A stretch of DNA of 64,000 nucleotides from Gammaproteobacteria bacterium (lineage in GTDB: Bacteria; Pseudomonadota; Gammaproteobacteria; JAADGQ01), in assembly GCA_015490755.1 (NCBI GenBank), contig WFXF01000077.1:3241-67240 (forward strand), given 5' to 3'. Of this stretch, positions 21,320 through 31,648 are shown one piece after another. The position numbers and the translations under genes were made by a program. Positions within the stretch are counted from its first letter, which is position 1. Every line of letters begins with the position of its first letter. The notes under the pieces were generated by a model. The model saw only the letters and a list, made by a program, of their open reading frames with translations. It had not been told where the DNA came from and ran no database searches.

Positions 21320-23428
21320 ATGCGCGATAGAATTTTTGGCTTTACTCAAGTATTGAAATTATGGCTGATTAGTACAGCTTTTCTATCAATGCCTGCGGTA
21401 TGGGCCGCCAGCTTTCAAGTTGACCCTGATGTAGGTGATTCTATAGATTCACTGCCGGGTGATGGTTTATGTGCAAATTCCAATGGCGCATGTTCGCTGC
21501 GTGCTGCGATCATGGAATCCAATAGCCTGGATGGGGCTGATTTAATTCTTGTGCCACCGGGTACTTATCAAATTACACTCTCGACCACCAATGAAAACCA
21601 GTCAATCGATGGTGATCTGGATATTCTGGATAGTGTGACAATCGTCGGTCAAGACAGAGAGACAACCATTATTGATGGCAATGGTATTGATCGTGTATTT
21701 CATATTAAAGATCCGGATAAAAAAGGTACGATTGATGTGACGATAAGTGGCCTAACCATTACGGGCGGCCAACCGGGAACGTTTGTCAGTAATGGCGGAG
21801 GTATTAATAATGAAGGTGGCTATCTGATCGTCTCTAATGTCATTGTTGAAGGAAACTCTGCCAGCTCTGGTGGTGGTATTAATAACAATAACACCGCATC
21901 TAACACGGTGTTTGGTACCTTTGTCCTTTCCAACAGTATCGTACGTAACAACGAAGCTACACTGTTTAATGGTGGTGGCATTCAAAATCTTAATGGTGAA
22001 ATGAGTCTCGTCAACTCTGTTGTCAGTGGAAACCGAGCACCAATAGATCAATTCAGCGAAGGTGGACAATTTATTTTGAGTACAGGAGGGCGGGGTGGCG
22101 GTATCTATAATGCAGCAAATCTTAATTTAACGTATGTAACTGTCAGTGATAATGTCGGGTCGGGAGGGGGCGGTATCGCCAATTTTCCAGGTGCCGGATT
22201 TTCGGGTGAAGAAACTTATCTGGAGATATTGGGAAGTGCGATTATAAATAACAGAGCAACTCATACTAAAACATGGTCAGTGGGTGGTGGCATCTATAAT
22301 GTCGGTGCAAAAGCACGAGCGACTATTATGAATTCAACCGTGAGTGGTAATGAAGCATTAAGTAAAGATGGAAGTGGGCAGGTTTTTGCTCAAGATAGCA
22401 ATGGTAATACGATCATCAGCCAAGGCGGGGGAATTTACAATAGTGGGGGCCAATCCTCAGTTGTTACATTACGTAATGTAACGATTGCGGATAATGTTTC
22501 AAGCGAAGGTGCTGGGCTTTATCAAAAAATAGAGGGCGCTGGTATTACCTCAATCAAGAATAGTATTGTCGCAAAAAACTGGATTCAGACAGCGAACTCT
22601 GGGCCAACTCCTGGTGGTGATTGCATGGGACCAATAAGCTCTGATGGTTATAACCTGGAAAGTGGAGATTTATGTGGTTTTAATAATGCGGCAAAAGGGG
22701 AGTTAAACAATACCGATCCTTTTTTATCTGCATTGGAAATTGAGGCCGGTAGTCTGACCGAAACACATAAAATAGAGGTAGGCAGCCCTGCAATTGATGC
22801 GGGCGATGAAAATGGGTGCGTATCATTCGATGGTAAGAAGCTCAATATCGATCAACGGGGCTTTTTGCGCCATACCGATGGTGATGGTGATGGTGATGCA
22901 AGGTGTGATATCGGTGCTTATGAAGCGGGCTCTTTAGGCCCGGCTGTATTACAATTCAAACAACCTAACTATACAGTTAATGAAAATGATGCCAGTGGGT
23001 TTGCAACATTGATTGTGCAGCGTACGGGCAATAGTGTGGGTGAAGTCAGCGTACGTTATAAACTATCTGAAAGCGATCCAGGAACCGCTTTTAGAGGCAC
23101 TCATTACAATTTTACGGAGAGCCAGCTCACATGGGGCGATGGCGATATGAGTGATAAATATATCACCGTGAATATTGTTGATGATACAGATTTTACTTTG
23201 GATAAAGTTGTGGTTTTGGAGCTTTATTCAAAATTGGGTGAAGCCATTATTGGTGGTAATGTCAAAGCGATCTTGCAAATTATTGAAGATGAAGAGAGTG
23301 TAACGCCGAAACCTGCTCCCACTGGTGGTGAAAATGTAGAGCGTTTTGGTGGTGGTGGTTTTATCAGTTTATTAACACTGTTTATTTTTTCGTTACCACT
23401 GTTTAGAATTTGTGTTTTAAGGCGCTAA
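21320..23428 (+). CDS. CSLREA-domain surface protein with GGGI beta-helix repeats, choice-of-anchor Q, Calx-beta and GlyGly-CTERM
   Basis: ACSLRAAI; repeated GGGIxN; SPAIDAG...DQRG...CDIGAYE; Calx-beta; C-terminal GGGG + TM + RR. Confidence 0.85.
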   Translation: MRDRIFGFTQVLKLWLISTAFLSMPAVWAASFQVDPDVGDSIDSLPGDGLCANSNGACSLRAAIMESNSLDGADLILVPPGTYQITLSTTNENQSIDGDLDILDSVTIVGQDRETTIIDGNGIDRVFHIKDPDKKGTIDVTISGLTITGGQPGTFVSNGGGINNEGGYLIVSNVIVEGNSASSGGGINNNNTASNTVFGTFVLSNSIVRNNEATLFNGGGIQNLNGEMSLVNSVVSGNRAPIDQFSEGGQFILSTGGRGGGIYNAANLNLTYVTVSDNVGSGGGGIANFPGAGFSGEETYLEILGSAIINNRATHTKTWSVGGGIYNVGAKARATIMNSTVSGNEALSKDGSGQVFAQDSNGNTIISQGGGIYNSGGQSSVVTLRNVTIADNVSSEGAGLYQKIEGAGITSIKNSIVAKNWIQTANSGPTPGGDCMGPISSDGYNLESGDLCGFNNAAKGELNNTDPFLSALEIEAGSLTETHKIEVGSPAIDAGDENGCVSFDGKKLNIDQRGFLRHTDGDGDGDARCDIGAYEAGSLGPAVLQFKQPNYTVNENDASGFATLIVQRTGNSVGEVSVRYKLSESDPGTAFRGTHYNFTESQLTWGDGDMSDKYITVNIVDDTDFTLDKVVVLELYSKLGEAIIGGNVKAILQIIEDEESVTPKPAPTGGENVERFGGGGFISLLTLFIFSLPLFRICVLRR

Positions 23429-23441
23429 CCTATAATTTATA

Positions 23442-24806
23442 ATGTCGTTAGTATCAGTTAACCCTGTCACGAGCCAGGTTGTAAAAAAATTTAAGGTTTG
23501 GCAGCAGGCACAGCTTAAAAGTGTGTTGGATGAGGTGGCGATAGCAGCACCACATTGGGCAGCTCGCTCAATTGATGAGCGTGCACGCTACTTGACGAAT
23601 GTCGCGGTAAAATTACGAGAGCAACAAGAAACTTTGGCACAAATTGCCTCTCTGGAGATGGGAAAGCTCATTGCTGAATCACGTGCTGAAGTTGAAAAGT
23701 GTGCCAGAGTTTGTGAATATTATGCAGAGTATAGTTCACAGTTTTTGCAGCCTGAAGTAATCGATTCTGATGCCGGAAAGAGTTACGTGGCATATCAGCC
23801 ACTCGGAACCGTGTTGGCAGTCATGCCCTGGAACTTTCCTTTTTGGCAATTATTTCGCTGTGCAGTTCCGGCTTTAATTTCAGGTAATGCTGTTTTATTA
23901 AAGCACGCCTCTAATGTGCCTCAATGTGCTCATGCGATTGAGAAGATATTCAAAGCGGCTGACTTGCCAAAAAATATTTTTCGGACGTTGGATATTAAAG
24001 CCAAGCAAGTGGCTGATGTGATCAGTCATGATTGTGTGCAGATGGTGGCTCTCACTGGCAGTGAAAATGCAGGGCGAAAAGTTGCTGCAATGGCTGGTTC
24101 TAATCTAAAGAAAACAGTATTGGAGCTGGGTGGTGCCGATGCTTTTATTGTGCTTGAAGATGCTGAAATTGATTTGGCTGTTGAGACGGCGTTAGTTTCA
24201 CGGTTTTTGAATGCAGGGCAGAGTTGTATTGCGGCAAAGCGCTTTATTATTGTTGATGCGGTGGCTGATCTTTTTGTTAATCGTCTTAAACATGCAATAG
24301 AAACGCTGAAAATGGGTCCACCATTGGATGAGTCGGTGACATTAGCACCGATGGCGAGGCTTGATTTGCGTGATGAACTACATCAACAGGTGGTGGATAG
24401 TGTGTCTCAAGGAGCCATTATTGTTACAGGTTGTGTTGTGCCTGAATTAGAAGGTGCTTTTTATCCAGCATCACTGTTAGACTTTGTGCGACCGGGTATG
24501 CCTGCTTATGAAGAAGAGCTTTTTGGCCCTGTAGCGGCTGTGATCCGTGTTGCTGATGAGGGAGAGGCACTTGCCGTCGCAAATAGTTCACGCTATGGGT
24601 TGGGGGGAAGTATCTGGACGTCCGATCAAAAGCGTGGTGAGACACTGGCTTTACAAGTGCAGTCGGGAGCTTGTTTTGTCAATGGTTTGGTAAAAAGCGA
24701 CCCACGTTTACCATTTGGTGGTATTAAAGCATCAGGTTATGGGCGCGAATTGTTTCGCCATGGTATTCGTGAATTTGTCAGTGCAAAAACTATCTGGCTG
24801 CGGTAA
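23442..24806 (+). CDS. NAD(P)-dependent succinate-semialdehyde dehydrogenase (Sad-like aldehyde dehydrogenase)
   Basis: MPWNFP, LKHASNVP, LELGG, NAGQSCIAAKR, EELFGP, PFGGIKASG. Confidence 0.9.
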   Translation: MSLVSVNPVTSQVVKKFKVWQQAQLKSVLDEVAIAAPHWAARSIDERARYLTNVAVKLREQQETLAQIASLEMGKLIAESRAEVEKCARVCEYYAEYSSQFLQPEVIDSDAGKSYVAYQPLGTVLAVMPWNFPFWQLFRCAVPALISGNAVLLKHASNVPQCAHAIEKIFKAADLPKNIFRTLDIKAKQVADVISHDCVQMVALTGSENAGRKVAAMAGSNLKKTVLELGGADAFIVLEDAEIDLAVETALVSRFLNAGQSCIAAKRFIIVDAVADLFVNRLKHAIETLKMGPPLDESVTLAPMARLDLRDELHQQVVDSVSQGAIIVTGCVVPELEGAFYPASLLDFVRPGMPAYEEELFGPVAAVIRVADEGEALAVANSSRYGLGGSIWTSDQKRGETLALQVQSGACFVNGLVKSDPRLPFGGIKASGYGRELFRHGIREFVSAKTIWLR

Positions 24807-24833
24807 TTCAGCCTATTCCCATATGATTTTTTT

Positions 24834-24859
24834 GTAGGGGCGAGCCTTGTGTTCGCCCT
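24834..24859 (+). repeat. GTAG-type REP palindrome
   Basis: GTAGGGGCGAGCCTTGTGTTCGCCCT: GTAG foot plus GC hairpin, intergenic. Confidence 0.6.
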
Positions 24860-24897
24860 GTTTGGTTCTGTTGAATTTATTTTAAGGAGTAAAAAAT

Positions 24898-26115
24898 ATG
24901 TCGAAGTTAGTCAAGCCTCACGGCAGTGATGAACTAAAGCCGTTGTTGCTGGAGGGTGACGAACGGGCATCTGAGCTGGCGCGTGCTAAAAAAATGCCGC
25001 AAGTAAAGGTGAGTTCACGTGAAGTGGGTGATCTCATAATGATGGGGATTGGTGGTTTCACACCGTTGGAAGGTTTTATGACCCATGCAGATTGGGCAGG
25101 TGTTTGTGATGGTATGAAATTGTCCAGTGGCTTATTCTGGCCGATTCCTATTACATTGTCTACCGATGAAGGTACTGCAAATAATATTGAGCTGGGCTCT
25201 GAAGTTGCACTGGTGAGCAGTGAGAATGATGAAATCATGGCGACTATGCAAGTCACTGAAAAATATAGTATTGATAAAGCACATGAGTGTATGATGGTTT
25301 TCAAGACGACTGATCAAGAGCATCCTGGTGTTGCGATGGTGATGGCGCAAGGTGATGTTAATTTGGCAGGCTCGGTTAAAGTGCTGTCAGAAGGTAGTTT
25401 TCCAACAGAGTTTGCCGATACTTATATGACACCTGCACAAACTCGTGAAATCTTCAAAGAAAAAGGCTGGTATACCATCGCCGCTTTCCAAACACGTAAT
25501 CCAATGCACCGCTCGCATGAATATTTAGTAAAAATTGCAGTTGAAATCTGTGACGGTGTGATGGTTCATTCGCTATTGGGCAAATTAAAACCGGGCGATA
25601 TTCCCGCTGATGTACGCAGTAATGCAATAGGTGCGTTGATCGATAAATATTTTGTAAAAGATACTGTATTGCAGGCGGGTTATCCATTGGATATGCGTTA
25701 TGCAGGGCCGCGCGAAGCACTATTGCATGCACTGTTTCGTCAAAACTATGGATGTTCACACCTTATTGTTGGACGTGATCATGCTGGTGTCGGAGATTAT
25801 TATGGGCCATTTGATGCGCACCATATTTTTGATGAAATACCTGCTGATGCACTGGAGACCAAACCACTAAAAATTGACTGGACTTTCTGGTGTTACGAAT
25901 GTGGTGGAATGGCTTCTATGAAAACCTGTCCGCATGAAGCTAAAGATCGCCTGTTGCTGTCAGGTTCAAAGTTGCGTAAGGCTCTGTCTGAAGGAAGTGA
26001 TGTGCCAGCAGAGTTCAGTCGCCCTGAGGTATTGAAAATTTTACGGGAGTATTACGCAGGTTTGAAAGAGGATGAGAAGGTTCAAGTGAAGCTGAGTGGT
26101 CATTCGGCCAAATAG
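24898..26115 (+). CDS. sat: Sulfate adenylyltransferase (ATP sulfurylase)
   Basis: [31 protein letters not shown]. Confidence 0.96.
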   Translation: MSKLVKPHGSDELKPLLLEGDERASELARAKKMPQVKVSSREVGDLIMMGIGGFTPLEGFMTHADWAGVCDGMKLSSGLFWPIPITLSTDEGTANNIELGSEVALVSSENDEIMATMQVTEKYSIDKAHECMMVFKTTDQEHPGVAMVMAQGDVNLAGSVKVLSEGSFPTEFADTYMTPAQTREIFKEKGWYTIAAFQTRNPMHRSHEYLVKIAVEICDGVMVHSLLGKLKPGDIPADVRSNAIGALIDKYFVKDTVLQAGYPLDMRYAGPREALLHALFRQNYGCSHLIVGRDHAGVGDYYGPFDAHHIFDEIPADALETKPLKIDWTFWCYECGGMASMKTCPHEAKDRLLLSGSKLRKALSEGSDVPAEFSRPEVLKILREYYAGLKEDEKVQVKLSGHSAK

Positions 26116-26132
26116 GTTTTAACTTAACTTTG

Positions 26133-26172
26133 AATTACAAAAAACCGCATTTATATGCGGTTTTTTGTAATT
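26133..26172. terminator. Bidirectional intrinsic terminator
   Basis: AATTACAAAAAACCGCAT-TTAT-ATGCGGTTTTTTGTAATT between convergent sat and ugd. Confidence 0.85.
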
Positions 26173-26182
26173 ACTATACTTT

Positions 26183-26210
26183 TTAGAGGTTAGAGGTTAG
26201 AGGTTGGAGG
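26183..26210. repeat. Heptamer tandem repeat (TTAGAGG)3 TTGGAGG
   Basis: Read directly from the sequence. Confidence 0.85.
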
Positions 26211-26248
26211 TTTATAATTCACTGTGTACTATATTCGCACAGCATACT

Positions 26249-27415
26249 TTAATCATCACCAAAAAGATCACGTGTATATACTTTATCTCGAACATCATTA
26301 ATGTCATCCGCCATACGGTTTGTGACAATAATATCCGACTCTTTCTTAAACTCTTCCAGGCTTTGAATTACACGAGAATTAAAAAAACTATCTTCATGAA
26401 ATTCCGGCTCATAGACAATAACTTCTATACCTTTGGCTTTAATTCTTTTCATGACCCCTTGAATTGATGATGCCCTAAAATTATCCGAACCACTTTTCAT
26501 AATCAATCTGTAAACACCTACTACTTTGGGGGCACGCTTTACAATAGAGTCAGAAATAAAATCCTTTCTGGTGCTGTTGGCATGCACAATAGCTTCAATC
26601 AAGCTATTAGGAACATTCTGGTAGTTTGCTAATAACTGCTTGGTATCTTTAGGCAGGCAATATCCACCATAACCAAATGAAGGATTGTTATAGTGATTGC
26701 CGATACGTGGATCAAGGCAAACACCTTCTATGATTTGGCATGTATCCAGATCATGAGTCTGTGCATAGCTATCCAGCTCATTAAAATAGGCAACACGCAT
26801 TGCTAGATAGGTATTGGAAAAAAGCTTGATCGCTTCGGCTTCTGTTGAATCAGTAAACAGCACTTGAATATCTTTTTTGTATGCCCCTTCGAGCAACAGA
26901 TCCGAAAAAACTTTAGCACGTTCCGAGCGCTCACCCATAATAATACGTGAGGGGTAAAGGTTATCGTACAGTGCTTTGCCTTCCCGCAGAAATTCAGGTG
27001 AAAAAATGATGTTTTTGCAATTCAACTTTTTCTTGATGTTTTTTGTATACCCCACAGGAACCGTTGATTTAATAATCATTACAGCATTTGAGTTAATCAT
27101 TTTTACATCGTTAATGACAGCCTCGACTGAGCTGGTATTGAAGTAATTCGTTTCTGGATCATAATCGGTTGGTGTGGCAATAATAACAAAGTCAGCTGAT
27201 TGGTAAGCTTCTTGCTTATCCAGTGTTGCTTTAAAGTTGAGGGGTTTGTTTGTCAAAAAATCTTCGATCTCGGCATCAACAATAGGAGACTGTCCCTGTT
27301 TCAGATTTTCAATTTTTTCCTTTACGATATCTAATGCAATAACTTCATGTTGCTGCGCCAGCAACATTGCATTTGAAAGCCCTACGTAACCTGTTCCTGC
27401 TACTGTAATTTTCAT
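26249..27415 (-). CDS. ugd: UDP-glucose 6-dehydrogenase
   Basis: [29 protein letters not shown]. Confidence 0.95.
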   Translation of the reverse strand: MKITVAGTGYVGLSNAMLLAQQHEVIALDIVKEKIENLKQGQSPIVDAEIEDFLTNKPLNFKATLDKQEAYQSADFVIIATPTDYDPETNYFNTSSVEAVINDVKMINSNAVMIIKSTVPVGYTKNIKKKLNCKNIIFSPEFLREGKALYDNLYPSRIIMGERSERAKVFSDLLLEGAYKKDIQVLFTDSTEAEAIKLFSNTYLAMRVAYFNELDSYAQTHDLDTCQIIEGVCLDPRIGNHYNNPSFGYGGYCLPKDTKQLLANYQNVPNSLIEAIVHANSTRKDFISDSIVKRAPKVVGVYRLIMKSGSDNFRASSIQGVMKRIKAKGIEVIVYEPEFHEDSFFNSRVIQSLEEFKKESDIIVTNRMADDINDVRDKVYTRDLFGDD

Positions 27416-27507
27416 AATTTTTTGTGATTTTCCAAATATGTTTCAGGCGTATATTCAATTAAACTTTTCTATTTAGGATGGGTAATGTCAGTGATACCCA
27501 AATCCAA

Positions 27508-28017
27508 CTACTGCACAGCAACAAGTGCAATTTGTTCTCTCTCTAAAAATACCCTGTTTTGGCCACCAAGAACATTCAATAAAATAGTGACCCGTTCTTC
27601 TGCGTTACTTTTGTGGAATATACCCGACAATCCCATAAACGGTCCATCTATTACTCTCACTTGATCACCTTTTTTGAACTCAGGCATCAATTCAACATAA
27701 AGCCCTGATGAATCCTCAGCAGATGACTTTAGCTGCCTGATGATATCATCAGAAACTATTACCAATTCATTGCCAAACCGTACAATTTGCGTAACACCTC
27801 TGGTATAACGTATTGAAGTAGCAGAATCATGACCTGATTTAAATTTAACAAATAGATAACGCGGAAACAAAGCTTCAACTACCTTGATTCGTTTTCCTCT
27901 TTTTTTTCGTTCAACCTGAATTTTGGGGCAATATACTTCAAAACCTTGTCTAGCAAGGTTTTCTTCTGCGATAGTTTCCTGCCTCGGTTTCGAGTGAACT
28001 GCCAGCCACTGTTTCAT
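27508..28017 (-). CDS. rfaH: Transcription antiterminator RfaH (NusG paralog)
   Basis: W.AVHSKPRQE..A..NL.RQG, LFPRYLFV, TRGV..IVRFG, KOW GPF.G. Confidence 0.88.
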   Translation of the reverse strand: MKQWLAVHSKPRQETIAEENLARQGFEVYCPKIQVERKKRGKRIKVVEALFPRYLFVKFKSGHDSATSIRYTRGVTQIVRFGNELVIVSDDIIRQLKSSAEDSSGLYVELMPEFKKGDQVRVIDGPFMGLSGIFHKSNAEERVTILLNVLGGQNRVFLEREQIALVAVQ

Positions 28018-28243
28018 GAGCCGAGCGCTCCTTAGATTATATTATTGTGTTCCATCAAACCCAACAAGCGAGATATCGATAACTCCATAACAAACTGAAT
28101 TGATGATAGTAACGTTATCGGGAGAATAAAAAATGTCGCCGAAGCCATCCATGGCTTCAGCGACTGCCCTGATTAAATCAGAGCAACCAACAGCTGCCGC
28201 TGCCGGAAAAAACGGTACATCCCTGCACCGCAAATCAGATTTG

Positions 28244-28408
28244 CTAGGAGCTTGTCCGAGAATGGAGTCGTAGCGAGGGAAAGCCGTTTTGAGGCAGATT
28301 TGGTGTAAATTTGAGGCGAATAGTTGTTCTATTTAACGAAAATTTACACCAAATATGGCCGAAATGGATTTTCCGCAGTAGACTTTTCATTCTCGGACAA
28401 GCTCCTAG
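28244..28408. mobile_element. CTAG-flanked MITE-like hairpin element, copy 1
   Basis: Perfect 17-bp terminal inverted repeat GAGCTTGTCCGAGAATG/CATTCTCGGACAAGCTC with CTAG on both sides; related to 39094-39261. Confidence 0.75.
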
Positions 28409-28693
28409 TCAATCAATGATGTTTTACTTTTCAAGCGTGAAACGGACAATAACACCTTGAAATAAAAAAAGATATCACGCCGATAAATGTAGTTTTGTAA
28501 AATTTTTTGACAACTTGTTTGAGTGACTTTTAACCATAGGAACAAGATAACCTGCATTACATCAACAATTCTTATGCGACTCTGTTGATACACAAAGAAT
28601 AAATCATTATTTTTACTACGTAATAAAGCAGCACGTCTCCTATAAAAATAGAATAAATTTGTAAAAGTAATTGACATTTTTTTGAAAGATTTT

Positions 28694-29137
28694 TTATAAA
28701 TTTACCTTGGTTTTTTTAAAAGCTATCCCTACGATACAGAACAATGCCGCAAATATCCCGCCAACCACAGCTAAACCTGCAAGGATAAACGATAGAAAAA
28801 TGAGTGCTGAGCTCGCAATCACACCATTATTTTCCAGATTGATATTTTTTGCTACCCAAATAATCAGTGGAATCAATAAAAGAAAAAACAGCCCATATTT
28901 TATGCCAATACTAATCAGATCGTTTTTAATATTTTTTTCTGAATTAAGCGCTCTAAATAACACTTCAAGCTGATCTTTATCTTCCTTTGTAATTTCACCT
29001 TTGCTCTTTAGTTCATTATACTTAGCTTCGTACTCTGCTTTTGCAATTGCAGATTGTGGTAACAATAAATCGCTGGAAACCACTGCAACTCCCCACGCTA
29101 CCAAACCAACCAGTAATACCTTCAAATATTGATTCAC
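28694..29137 (-). CDS. Hypothetical membrane protein
   Basis: 147-aa ORF with about 4 hydrophobic segments, GAGG RBS before GTG, AT-rich. Confidence 0.65.
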   Translation of the reverse strand: MNQYLKVLLVGLVAWGVAVVSSDLLLPQSAIAKAEYEAKYNELKSKGEITKEDKDQLEVLFRALNSEKNIKNDLISIGIKYGLFFLLLIPLIIWVAKNINLENNGVIASSALIFLSFILAGLAVVGGIFAALFCIVGIAFKKTKVNL

Positions 29138-29484
29138 AAACAGACCTCCACAACTATTTTGTCTGGTAGTATATTTTAATGCGAATTAAGAGCCAATTCT
29201 TAATGTTATTCCAAACAGTATGACGGCTATAATCTGCCCAAAAGCATGAGCGATGACTCTCTGGTTTGAGCGCACTCCAAGTGATTCAATACGCTAAAAC
29301 CTGGACATCTATCGGCTTTAATTCTGTTCTTGTTTTTTCCTTTAGGGTGAAATCTTCTCTTAAGTTATAATGCTGTGCATTTGAAATGCTACTGGCATCA
29401 GGCTGGAAAATCCGAGTCTTTCAAACACTTTTTTTGCAAGAGGGTTAAGTTTGATTCTTTGTACAAACTATAGGATATATAATA

Positions 29485-31071
29485 ATGAGTTCTGGAGAAT
29501 TCCTGGAACAGGTAAGGTGCAGGCGTACTTTTGCTATCATCTCTCACCCCGATGCGGGTAAGACTACATTAACTGAAAAATTACTTTTGTTCGGTGGTGC
29601 TATCCAGATGGCTGGCACGGTAAAGGGACGTAAAGCTGCGCGTCACGCAACATCTGACTGGATGGAGCTTGAAAAAGAGCGTGGTATCTCTGTGACTTCA
29701 TCCGTCATGCAGTTCATTCATAATGAACGTGTGGTTAACCTCCTGGATACGCCGGGTCATGAAGATTTTTCGGAAGATACCTATCGTACTTTGACCGCTG
29801 TGGATTCGGCTCTGATGGTGATTGACTGCGTTAAAGGGGTTGAGCAACGTACGATTAAATTGATGGATGTTTGTCGGTTACGTGATACGCCGATCATGAC
29901 CTTTATCAACAAACTTGACCGTGAGGGGCGTGATCCGATTGATCTGCTGGATGAAATCGAAGATGTACTGAAAATTAAGTGTGCTCCAATTGTCTGGCCG
30001 ATGGGAATGGGTAAGGCATTTAAAGGCGTGTTTCATCTTCAAAATGACTGCATTCATCTATTTAGTGCGACACATGGCGGAAAAATTAAAGAGGGTGAGG
30101 TGATTCAGGGGCTGGATAATCCACGCCTGAACGAGCTGTTTGGTGATGAGGCGGACGAGTTTCGGGAGGAGGTTGAACTGGTTCGAGGTGCAAGCCACGA
30201 ATTTGATCTGGGTGCTTATCTCAAAGGTGAACTCACACCTGTATTTTTTGGTTCGGCAGCGAATAATTTTGGTGTTAAAGAGTTACTGGATAAATTTGTA
30301 GAGTACGCACCCGCACCTTTGCCTCGCCAAGCCAACGAACGATTAGTTGAAACGACTGAAGAGAAATTTACAGGGTTTGTTTTTAAAATTCAGGCTAATA
30401 TGGATCCGGCTCACCGTGATCGAATTGCATTTGTACGTATTTGCTCAGGATCCTATCAAAAAGGCATGAAAATACATCAAGTTCGTTTAGGAAAAAATGT
30501 ACAAATTTCTAATGCGATTACATTTTTAGCAGGTGATCGAGAACATGTGAATGAGGCCTATCCGGGTGATATTATTGGTTTTTTCAATCATGGCACAATT
30601 CAGATTGGGGATACCTTTACCCAAGGCGAAAAGTTAAAATTTGCAGGCATTCCCCATTTTGCACCTGAGCTGTTCAGGCGTGCTCGATTACGTGACCCGA
30701 TGCGCTTGAAGGCGTTGCTTAAAGGGTTGCAGCAACTCTGTGAAGAGGGTGCGACTCAATTGTTTAGACCCCTAAATAATAATGATCTGATTTTGGGGGC
30801 AGTGGGTATATTGCAGTTTGATGTCGTGGCTCATCGCTTAAAAAGTGAATATGGTGTTGAATGCTCTTTTGAGACCGTGCAGGTGAATACTGCGCGTTGG
30901 ATCGTGTGTGAAGACTCTAGGAAGCTGGAAGAGTTTCAGCGTAAAGTCAGTGATAATTTAGCTTTAGATGCCAGTGGGCATCTTAGTTATATCGCACCGA
31001 CTCGGGTGAATTTACAGATTATGGAGGAGCGTTGGCCTGATATTAAGTTTGTGGCAACGCGAGAGCATTAA
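29485..31071 (+). CDS. prfC: Peptide chain release factor 3
   Basis: [31 protein letters not shown]-terminal ATREH. Confidence 0.97.
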   Translation: MSSGEFLEQVRCRRTFAIISHPDAGKTTLTEKLLLFGGAIQMAGTVKGRKAARHATSDWMELEKERGISVTSSVMQFIHNERVVNLLDTPGHEDFSEDTYRTLTAVDSALMVIDCVKGVEQRTIKLMDVCRLRDTPIMTFINKLDREGRDPIDLLDEIEDVLKIKCAPIVWPMGMGKAFKGVFHLQNDCIHLFSATHGGKIKEGEVIQGLDNPRLNELFGDEADEFREEVELVRGASHEFDLGAYLKGELTPVFFGSAANNFGVKELLDKFVEYAPAPLPRQANERLVETTEEKFTGFVFKIQANMDPAHRDRIAFVRICSGSYQKGMKIHQVRLGKNVQISNAITFLAGDREHVNEAYPGDIIGFFNHGTIQIGDTFTQGEKLKFAGIPHFAPELFRRARLRDPMRLKALLKGLQQLCEEGATQLFRPLNNNDLILGAVGILQFDVVAHRLKSEYGVECSFETVQVNTARWIVCEDSRKLEEFQRKVSDNLALDASGHLSYIAPTRVNLQIMEERWPDIKFVATREH

Positions 31072-31086
31072 TCCATTTGTTCAGGT

Positions 31087-31632
31087 TTATTTCCAGTCTC
31101 TGACCAGCCGTCCATAAGCACGGGTGTTGAATTCAGTTTTGTGATTGATTGCGACGGTGCCGCTGTTAAATTGCACCGCCCATGCTTTGTAAGGTGAAAA
31201 AAATACAGTTGAGCTGCTCCAGAAAGAGACGCGTGATGTGTTGCTGAAGATATCCAGATTGATGGCGGGGCTCATGCAGCTGTACTCCACGATTGACTCA
31301 AGCTCCTTAATATTGGGAACTCGCCAATCATTGTAGTTGCGTGAGTCTCCTGTTTTTCCCTGGTTAAGTTGTTGTGTATATTCCAGCAGGCCTTGCCAGG
31401 TATAAACATTGGCATCATCATCACACTGCTCTGTTTTTGCATTGTAGCGTCTGCCTTCGGTACATTGTTTCCACATTAAGCCAGTTTTAGAATCGATCAC
31501 AACGCCATTATTTTTGGCAAAACGGTCAGTCGGTGTTGAGGGTTTCTGGTTTTCATCACAAAGCTGGGCGAAGCTGTTGTTTGTGGTAAATAGTGTTGCA
31601 AGTAGCATAATAGATAGTGGGCGGTATTGCAT
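31087..31632 (-). CDS. Secreted DUF1566 (Lcl C-terminal) domain protein
   Basis: D.KTGLMW..C, DWRVPNIKEL, FWSSS, AWAVQF..G, RLVRD. Confidence 0.85.
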   Translation of the reverse strand: MQYRPLSIMLLATLFTTNNSFAQLCDENQKPSTPTDRFAKNNGVVIDSKTGLMWKQCTEGRRYNAKTEQCDDDANVYTWQGLLEYTQQLNQGKTGDSRNYNDWRVPNIKELESIVEYSCMSPAINLDIFSNTSRVSFWSSSTVFFSPYKAWAVQFNSGTVAINHKTEFNTRAYGRLVRDWK

Positions 31633-31648
31633 CTTGTTAAACCTGAGA

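Noticed and set aside
26204-26467. 87-aa plus-strand ORF
   Set aside because: Antisense to the 3' end of ugd
28042-28677. Short ORFs of 63 and 90 aa upstream of rfaH
   Set aside because: They overlap repeat elements or AT-rich non-coding DNA; no recognisable motifs or good RBS
29220-29480. Possible riboswitch upstream of prfC
   Set aside because: No recognisable consensus or convincing stems by eye
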